Shown: piece after piece, positions 57,402-64,000 of the stretch
Numbering within the stretch: the first letter of the stretch is position 1
Layout: every line of letters starts with the position of its first letter
Source of the DNA: Fimbriimonadales bacterium
GTDB taxonomy: Bacteria; Armatimonadota; Fimbriimonadia; Fimbriimonadales; JABRVX01
Assembly (NCBI GenBank): GCA_045862955.1
Contig: BTVI01000002.1
Location: 1 to 64,000 of the forward strand
DNA: 64,000 nt
Direction of reading: 5' to 3'
Notes under the pieces: model-generated
What the model was told of the DNA's origin: nothing
What the model saw: only the letters and a program-made list of their open reading frames with translations
Databases searched by the model: none
Program-made: the position numbers and the translations under genes

Positions 57402-59261
57402 ATGGACGTAGAGTGCAGGCGCGAGGGCGACCGGTGGTTCTTCGGTCTGGACGGTGAAGTGTGGGGCGAGGTGCCTCCACCGCCGTCAGAGATCGAAACG
57501 CAAGACCGATTTGATCAAGTTCAGCCCGAAATCTTTCACTGGACTCGTGTTTGGCGAGCCAAGCAGTCTGGCCCCGTGCGGCCGACGATGGACTTCCATG
57601 CTGGCCACCGGGCGGAGTATTCGATGATCCCGGGAGTTTCGTACGACGGCAATCGGTGGGGTAGCGGCAACGAGCCGAAAGGGTTCGAACTGCACGGCGA
57701 ACCGTGGGTCTTCGCCTCGCACCGCACCTCGGTGCCGGGTTGCACCTACTCCGAGGGTGCGGGCCGGTCGGTGGCCCTGTTCGGGGCTGGCACGAAGGGA
57801 GGCTTCTCGTGCTCTCTCGTTCCAGAGGCCGACCGGACCCTCCATCGCCTGGTGTGGCCGGAGGAGGAGACGCCGCAGACATACGTGGCCCGAGACAAGT
57901 ATGGCCCGCCGTATCGCGATACGCTGCTCCTGTCCGAGGGCCAGAGCGCGATTGCCTCTGCTTACCTCGTGTTCGCCGACGCCTCGAAATCGAAGACGGC
58001 TTGGAGGACCGCACTCGACCATGCATGGGACCTGAACCATCACGAGGTCAGCCCGTGGTTCCCTCCTTCGGATCTGTGGCGGTTGGGTGTCCGCTATGCC
58101 AAAGAGAGCCTTTGGGCGGAAGAGGGACCGTTTCGCGGCTTCAGCATCGGGTTGGTGTGGACCGAGAGTGGCTGGCGACAACGTCCGACTCGCAAGTACG
58201 AGATCGGGTGGGCGGGGCAGAACGGCTCGCTGGCAAACTCGCTGCTGTGGGACTACCTGAAGAACGGTGACGAGGACTCGAGGGACAAGGCGTTGTCTTG
58301 CTTGGATGCTTGGGCGGAACACGGCAGGCTAGGCGGTGGGCTGTTCTTGCACCTATTCGACTTCGTGTTAGGTGGCTGCAAGAGCCCGCCGGAAATAGAC
58401 GCCTGCAACCTGGGAGATGCGGCGCTGGAGTTCCTCGAAGCCGCCGTGCTGTGTGAACGGTGTGGTGTCTCACGACCCACCTATCGGCAAGTAGGTCTGG
58501 ATATCTGCGAGTTCATCGTGCGACAGATGGCACCTACCGGGAGGATCGGTAGAGCGTGGGCGCAGGACGGGACGCTCACGCATGCCGATGGTACCATCGG
58601 AGCCTTCTGCATCCCACCGCTCCTCCGAGCACACGAGCTGATGCGAGAGCCACGCTACCTGGATGCGGCGCAGAGGGCATATGAGTATTACATCGGCGGC
58701 TTGCTCGAGCAAGGATTCACCACCGCCGGCGCACTCGATACCGATTGCATTGACAAGGAGTCTGCCTTACCACTCATGGACTCCGGCGTGTGGCTATACC
58801 GTCTTACGAGCGAACCGCGGTATCTCGAGTGGGCGGAGGATGCAGCGTACTACCTGGCATCCTGGCAGTGGCATCACACCGTACCGTTCGGCGCAGATAC
58901 CACCCTCGGCAAGTTAGGTTATGACACGTTCGGTGGCACCTCGGTCTCCGCACAACACCACCATCAGGACCCGTTTGCGCTATCCTTCGTGCCATCGTTC
59001 TTGGAGCTGGCGCGCCTCACCGGCAACGAGCGGTGGCGACAGCGCGCTAGAGCCGCGTGGGCGAACGGCACCATCGGAATCTCGGACGGCGACCTGGTCA
59101 TCCGTGGCAAGCTGCGGCCGGCCGGCAGCCAGGATGAAGCCTTCTTCCACACGCGCTGGCTGGACTTCGGCGATGTGTGCGACTGGCTGGTCTCTTGGCC
59201 CACCGCCTTCCGCCTCTGCACCCTCCGCCGCCTGCCGGATTGGTCAGTATTGGATGGCTAG
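57402..59261 (+). CDS. Hypothetical protein, probable (alpha/alpha)6 glycosidase-like fold
   Basis: Helical hairpin repeats [42 protein letters not shown]; beta-rich N-terminus. Confidence 0.65.
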   Translation: MDVECRREGDRWFFGLDGEVWGEVPPPPSEIETQDRFDQVQPEIFHWTRVWRAKQSGPVRPTMDFHAGHRAEYSMIPGVSYDGNRWGSGNEPKGFELHGEPWVFASHRTSVPGCTYSEGAGRSVALFGAGTKGGFSCSLVPEADRTLHRLVWPEEETPQTYVARDKYGPPYRDTLLLSEGQSAIASAYLVFADASKSKTAWRTALDHAWDLNHHEVSPWFPPSDLWRLGVRYAKESLWAEEGPFRGFSIGLVWTESGWRQRPTRKYEIGWAGQNGSLANSLLWDYLKNGDEDSRDKALSCLDAWAEHGRLGGGLFLHLFDFVLGGCKSPPEIDACNLGDAALEFLEAAVLCERCGVSRPTYRQVGLDICEFIVRQMAPTGRIGRAWAQDGTLTHADGTIGAFCIPPLLRAHELMREPRYLDAAQRAYEYYIGGLLEQGFTTAGALDTDCIDKESALPLMDSGVWLYRLTSEPRYLEWAEDAAYYLASWQWHHTVPFGADTTLGKLGYDTFGGTSVSAQHHHQDPFALSFVPSFLELARLTGNERWRQRARAAWANGTIGISDGDLVIRGKLRPAGSQDEAFFHTRWLDFGDVCDWLVSWPTAFRLCTLRRLPDWSVLDG

Positions 59262-62200
59262 GTTCTCGCGAGGTTCCACAACCTGCCAATACATGCGATC
59301 CAGTCCATCATAGCATTGTCCGCCACTGCGGGATCGGTCAGAGGTTCGTCAACGTGGGCTACGTGCTTTCCGCGGAATTTATTGATTGCCCCGAGTTGAG
59401 CGTACAGCCCGTCGAACCGGTAGTCGGAGAATACTCGGCGCACGTCATCCCACACGCCGGCAATGCGGATGTCATTACGGGACCCGAACTCCAGGCAAAA
59501 CAAGAGTGTGCCTATGCGGTTAGAGTTGGCTCGGTGAACGAGGTTCCGTTGCAGGTTTCGCTGGTTCTTCTGGAGCGCTGCCACCAGTGGGCTCGGCAGG
59601 CCCTCGACATGCGGATCGAAGTAGTAGCGCTGTTCATCGGGCGACTGCGGAACACAGGGACCGAGATAGCGCACGAGGATCTCACCGCACAGTTGCTCTA
59701 GCGGATACAGGAGCGGTTGGAAGGCTGCTCCGTACTGAGGGTAGTTCTTGGCACGGTCATACTCCAACTGGTTCACGGCTTGCGAGACATACTCGCTCAG
59801 TGCGCTTGGCAGTTCGGCTATCCCGGCAGCGATCGCCATCTTGCTGACTCTTTCCTGCTTCACCTCGTCGGGAGTAAGCTCCAGCGGCAGCTCAGCCTGA
59901 GTGGTCTTCGCCGTCTGGAGCAGCGCCTTGAGCCTAGGCGCACATGTTCTCGCCAGTGCTTCGATGGAGAACTCGGCCTGGGCTTCCAGCAGCAGCATCG
60001 GCACGTAGAGATAGTGCCACCTCTGGTCCTTCGAGGACGCGCTGCGGCACCACTCCACCGCGGCCGCCGCCTTGAGAGGAACCGAGGGATCTTCCTGACC
60101 CTTGGTCTCCACGAGATAGTAGTCTCCCGATTTGGCACGCACGATGAAGTCGGGCCAGTACAGCTGAGGGCGACCACTCTTCCCCAAGTAGTCGAGTGTG
60201 AGCTTCTGCGGTCCGGCGTTGCGCGCGAATGCTACGACGTCGTCCGATTGGTCGCAGAAGTCCGCAAACTGCGCCTCCAAAGAGTTGGTGCACGGCACCA
60301 GATTGAACATGGTCTTCGCTGCAGGAATGCACGGGCGCTCCGGAGTGTGAGACGCCTGGTACGGACGCCAGCCCGACACAGGGATCCGGGTATGCTGTCG
60401 CGTGCGTTCCTCTTGTCGAACCGTGCGTTGCAGAATCAGAGGAATGAACGTAGCCCGGATGTGCTCGAGAACGTCTGTGTCTCCCATACGATGGTCTACC
60501 GAGCCATCGTAGAGTGACACTTCCCGCTCGAACAGGACCTTCTCGATGAAATGTTGCATCAGCGGGGCAAGCACAGCGTGAGCGCTCTGAAGCCGGCAAG
60601 CTCGCTCGAGGTCCCTTACGAATACGCTGACTGCCGTGGCACCCATTGCGAGCAGCCCTCGGTCCACCTCGAACGACGACACCAACTCGTCGGTAAAGAG
60701 AGCGCGTTCCTCGAATGTGACTGTACGCGACGATGGCTTGTCGATAGGAAGGGGTTTGAACTTCGAACGGAAGAACTGCTCGACATCCTCCTTCGTCAGG
60801 CCTGCCAGCGTTGCGGTGGTGGTAACCGATGCGGACAGTAACGGTATCTCCAGCTCGAGTTCTTGCACCGGTTTCTTGGGATCGACGTAGATCGACACTG
60901 TGGATGGCCGGTCAGCACCGAACTCGACGACGGCAGGAAAGAGGCCCTCGGACGCTAGCTCATCACGGTACAACTTGGTAAATGCAGGGTGATCTACGAC
61001 AGTGACGCGTTCGAGTGGGCCCCCACTTCCGGGTGCTGTCATACGTCGGAGCCCTCGCCCTAACGTCTGCTCTGCCAGAATGTTCGACTCCGCCGAGTAG
61101 GGGCGCAGCGGCACGATGGTGGTAACGTTGCGCACGTCCCACCCCTCGCGCAGCATCATGACCGACACCACGCAGCGATACGGGCTATCTTCCTTGTCCA
61201 AGTCGCGCGACAGCTCTCGCAGTAGCCTGAGGTCTTCGTCCGAGATCTGCTTCTCGTTCGGCACGAACTCTCTGACTGCATTCCTGCCGCGGCCGCGTGT
61301 CCTGATGGTTCCCTTCAGATTCGTGTGTAGGTTGATCACCCGGTTCTTTAGAAGTGGGTACTCATCCGAGTTCAGTGCAGTGGCAATCTCGTCTGCTGCC
61401 CGCGTGTCCTCTGTCATCACGAATAGGATCGGCTTGTGGGTCTTCTCCCACTCCTTGTATGCCTTTTCATACTGCGCGTAACCCAGCTTGAGGTGCGTGT
61501 GATACCGCTGCCCGGCGCTATGCCCGATCCCCTCTTTGATGGCATCGGACTTCCCGATGACGGGGGCCTTGACGATCCCAGCATCCACCGCTTCGCCTAG
61601 CGGGAAGTCGCACACGATGTGGCGGAACAGCGTGCCATCGTTGTGCTTAGGCGTGGCTGTGAAGTCGAGCTGAGCACAGATGCCGGCGTTTCCCCGGTCG
61701 CGGCTCTGACGATGCAGTGTCAGAATCGCCTCGTTCCATGCCGACTCCGGATCGTGCAGATGGTGCGCCTCGTCGTTCAAAACCATGATCGTGGGGTGAG
61801 CCGCAATGCGCTTGCGCAGCTCCTCGCCCACCCGGAGCGCCTGAGCACGCTTGACCGATGGACCCGCCCAGGGAGGTGAATCGTCGGGTCTCGACGCACC
61901 TTCCTTCTCGTACAGGCGGTGAATGTTGGTAAGGTACAACGCCCCACGTCGCGACGAGCCTCCCGGCGCATCCTGCAGTACCACCTCCAGGTCGAAGTCG
62001 TCCCTCCACTCGGGTGGTAGCAGAGGGTCGGTGAAAAAGATGTTCCCAGACTCGAAGTCCTCCTTCAGCCGCTCGAACACGATCAGGTTCGGCGCAATCG
62101 CCACGAAGTGACGTGCCAAAGTAGAACAGGGCTCGAACAGACTGTGGAAGTAGCTCCATACGATGGCTAGGCTCATCACCTTCGTCTTGCCGCCACCGGT

Positions 62201-62635
62201 GGCGATCTTGCAGCAGTAGCGTGCCCAAATGTCCTCCTCCGGCAACACCGAATCCGCCAGCAAACCGGCTTCATCTTCGAGCAGCGATTCAATCATGCCC
62301 GAGAGGCTTCGGTACTGCACCACCTCGTACAGCCAGATGATCGTCTCGATCGCCTCGCGCTGGCACCAGTGGTAGCGAAAGTCACCGGGGTGTGCCGTAT
62401 CGAACCAGTGGCAGAGAAGCGTCTTCGTAGTGTCGCTCGCACCAACGTAGCCGTTGTGCCGCCACATGTCCACCTCGTGGCGTAGTCGTGGTACCAATAA
62501 GCACTTACTCGGCCTACGCCCGGCCTCCACGATCGCAGGTCCATCCTCCACCGGGTTCGGCAGGCGGTGCTTCGTGGGAGGCTCCCATGGCTCGAAAAGC
62601 GGGCGTAGCGCATCCGGGTTGAAGCTATCGCTCAC
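59258..62635 (-). CDS. Type III restriction enzyme Res-like subunit (SF2 helicase, PD-(D/E)XK nuclease, C-terminal extension)
   Basis: QREAIET, IATGGGKT, NDEAHH, FTATP, MLREGWDV, EQTLGRGLR, WPDFIV...LVETKG; GTGA overlap with the methyltransferase. Confidence 0.88.
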   Translation of the reverse strand: MSDSFNPDALRPLFEPWEPPTKHRLPNPVEDGPAIVEAGRRPSKCLLVPRLRHEVDMWRHNGYVGASDTTKTLLCHWFDTAHPGDFRYHWCQREAIETIIWLYEVVQYRSLSGMIESLLEDEAGLLADSVLPEEDIWARYCCKIATGGGKTKVMSLAIVWSYFHSLFEPCSTLARHFVAIAPNLIVFERLKEDFESGNIFFTDPLLPPEWRDDFDLEVVLQDAPGGSSRRGALYLTNIHRLYEKEGASRPDDSPPWAGPSVKRAQALRVGEELRKRIAAHPTIMVLNDEAHHLHDPESAWNEAILTLHRQSRDRGNAGICAQLDFTATPKHNDGTLFRHIVCDFPLGEAVDAGIVKAPVIGKSDAIKEGIGHSAGQRYHTHLKLGYAQYEKAYKEWEKTHKPILFVMTEDTRAADEIATALNSDEYPLLKNRVINLHTNLKGTIRTRGRGRNAVREFVPNEKQISDEDLRLLRELSRDLDKEDSPYRCVVSVMMLREGWDVRNVTTIVPLRPYSAESNILAEQTLGRGLRRMTAPGSGGPLERVTVVDHPAFTKLYRDELASEGLFPAVVEFGADRPSTVSIYVDPKKPVQELELEIPLLSASVTTTATLAGLTKEDVEQFFRSKFKPLPIDKPSSRTVTFEERALFTDELVSSFEVDRGLLAMGATAVSVFVRDLERACRLQSAHAVLAPLMQHFIEKVLFEREVSLYDGSVDHRMGDTDVLEHIRATFIPLILQRTVRQEERTRQHTRIPVSGWRPYQASHTPERPCIPAAKTMFNLVPCTNSLEAQFADFCDQSDDVVAFARNAGPQKLTLDYLGKSGRPQLYWPDFIVRAKSGDYYLVETKGQEDPSVPLKAAAAVEWCRSASSKDQRWHYLYVPMLLLEAQAEFSIEALARTCAPRLKALLQTAKTTQAELPLELTPDEVKQERVSKMAIAAGIAELPSALSEYVSQAVNQLEYDRAKNYPQYGAAFQPLLYPLEQLCGEILVRYLGPCVPQSPDEQRYYFDPHVEGLPSPLVAALQKNQRNLQRNLVHRANSNRIGTLLFCLEFGSRNDIRIAGVWDDVRRVFSDYRFDGLYAQLGAINKFRGKHVAHVDEPLTDPAVADNAMMDWIACIGRLWNLART

Positions 62636-63999
62636 ACTTGCACCTCGATCACCGTCGTGGTGTCCACCCCGAACACGTCGATCACTTTCACGCAGATGCG
62701 ATGCGATCCCCTATCGGTGTAGCGGAAGTAACAGTCGCTTTCGGTCTTCAGCGAGCGGTCCTTCCGCGTGCGATAGTCCTGCCAGTGGTGTTCGAACGCT
62801 TTGCCGTCCCTGTGCTCGAAGTCCACTGCCCAGAAGTCTATGAAGTCGAAGGGGGAACGCACCGCACGCTCCTTCAGCGCCTCCAGTTCCTTCTCCGGCA
62901 CTTCGGACAACGAAGGCAGGAAGTTGATGAGGCGCACGTCCACGCTCGGTTCGCCGGTCTCCGGATGTTTGCGGACGAACGCCTCTGCCTGTACCGCGGC
63001 GGCGTCGAAGAACTGCACCTCGTCCCGGTTCGCCTCCATGATCTCGCGCGGGATGTACTTCAGCGATACCTCGATGCCCGTGTCCTTCTCCACCCCGGCG
63101 ATGCGTAGGCGCAGGTTCATCTCGAACTCCCAGGCCAGGCAGATCACGCGCTTTCCGCCGGCCGCCTTCGCCGCTTCCGCAACCGCGCGCACCTCGTCTG
63201 CGGTCATGATGCTGTCTATCCCGTCCACGTGCACGTACGCTCCGCCCTTCGTGCCATGGAGCAGGGGGTGGGGAGGGCTTTCCAGTGGCGCGGCGCGGAA
63301 GAACTTCAGCACGGTGGCGCGGTGCTGTTCGTCCGCGCCCTGCAATCGCTCCATCTGCCACCACTGCCGCTCGTAACGACCCAGGTTGTACACGTCGAAG
63401 GACCGGTAAGGCTTGCCGGCGGCATGGAGCTCCCGTTGCACCCCGATGAGGCGCTTTCGGGAGACGTGGATGGCGTATCTGCCCAGGTCGCATCCGATCC
63501 ACCTCCGCCCTAGCTTCTCCGCCACCGCCATCGTGGTCCCCGATCCGCAGAAGAAGTCAGCGACGAGGTCACCCTCGCTGGAAAAGCTCTCCAGCACGCG
63601 TCTCAAGAGGGCTTCTGATTTCTCGGTAGTGTAACCATGTGCAAATGAGTAGGCTCCGAGATCGTACCAGACGGTGTCAAGAAACTTGCTGTGAAACGGG
63701 GGGACCCAGTGCTCCACTTTCCCGGTCGGGGACAGTCTGACGAACTCAATGTCGCTGCGACCCGCCCACCAGTCCATGAGGTCCACTCCTGCTCGCGCCC
63801 CCACGTTCAGATACTCCTCGTAGTTAGCAGCCGCGCGCTTAGCGCGGTCGGAGGACCACTTCCACTGTCCCGTCGACGGTGTTACGCCCAGCAGCTCGTA
63901 GCGCATCGTCGGCCTGTCCGCAGTGCTCCAAAAGTCTTTCCAGTAGCCTCGCGGGTGGGTGGGCTCCTGTTCCACCATGGGCGAGGCCCATCTACTGGA
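62632..63999 (-). CDS. Type III Mod-like DNA methyltransferase, 5' part outside the window
   Basis: KSEALLRRV, VADFFCGSGTT SAM motif, RRWIGCD, IDFWAVDF, VKVIDVFG; frame stays open to the window edge. Confidence 0.9.
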   Translation of the reverse strand, partial: SSRWASPMVEQEPTHPRGYWKDFWSTADRPTMRYELLGVTPSTGQWKWSSDRAKRAAANYEEYLNVGARAGVDLMDWWAGRSDIEFVRLSPTGKVEHWVPPFHSKFLDTVWYDLGAYSFAHGYTTEKSEALLRRVLESFSSEGDLVADFFCGSGTTMAVAEKLGRRWIGCDLGRYAIHVSRKRLIGVQRELHAAGKPYRSFDVYNLGRYERQWWQMERLQGADEQHRATVLKFFRAAPLESPPHPLLHGTKGGAYVHVDGIDSIMTADEVRAVAEAAKAAGGKRVICLAWEFEMNLRLRIAGVEKDTGIEVSLKYIPREIMEANRDEVQFFDAAAVQAEAFVRKHPETGEPSVDVRLINFLPSLSEVPEKELEALKERAVRSPFDFIDFWAVDFEHRDGKAFEHHWQDYRTRKDRSLKTESDCYFRYTDRGSHRICVKVIDVFGVDTTTVIEVQV

Positions 64000-64000
64000 C

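Overview
GC-rich bacterial chromosomal window. PEP-CTERM proteins, short Cys3-His pilins and an H-X9-DG-like domain suggest Armatimonadota or a PVC-like lineage (inference only). Housekeeping content: tRNA-Gly(TCC), rmuC, sucA-sucB, tatC, an Hrq1/MrfA-like helicase, galK, nagA, dprA, trpB2, a ppx/gppA-family gene and an LDH/MDH-family enzyme. Accessory content: several secreted or carbohydrate-active proteins, a five-gene type IV pilin cluster, a KimA-like transporter with a STAS-USP partner, and a type III restriction-modification pair running off the right edge. Four stand-outs: (1) an operon-like pair of an opine-dehydrogenase-family enzyme and a single-chain B12-binding plus glutamate-mutase-E-like enzyme with apparently altered substrate residues, flanked by an oxidoreductase and an amino-acid exchanger, a candidate undescribed AdoCbl pathway; (2) an unrecognised ~180-aa extracellular domain shared by an Ig-stalk surface protein and a PEP-CTERM protein 40 kb apart, with a dockerin-bearing beta-propeller protein in the same window; (3) a hierarchical family of CGTC-tagged 26-bp REP repeats in four intergenic loci, forming fixed 108-bp doublets, 57-bp tandems and 17-bp satellites; (4) a type III Res subunit with an extra C-terminal HEPN-like domain. 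All family calls come from motifs read by eye; no searches were run.
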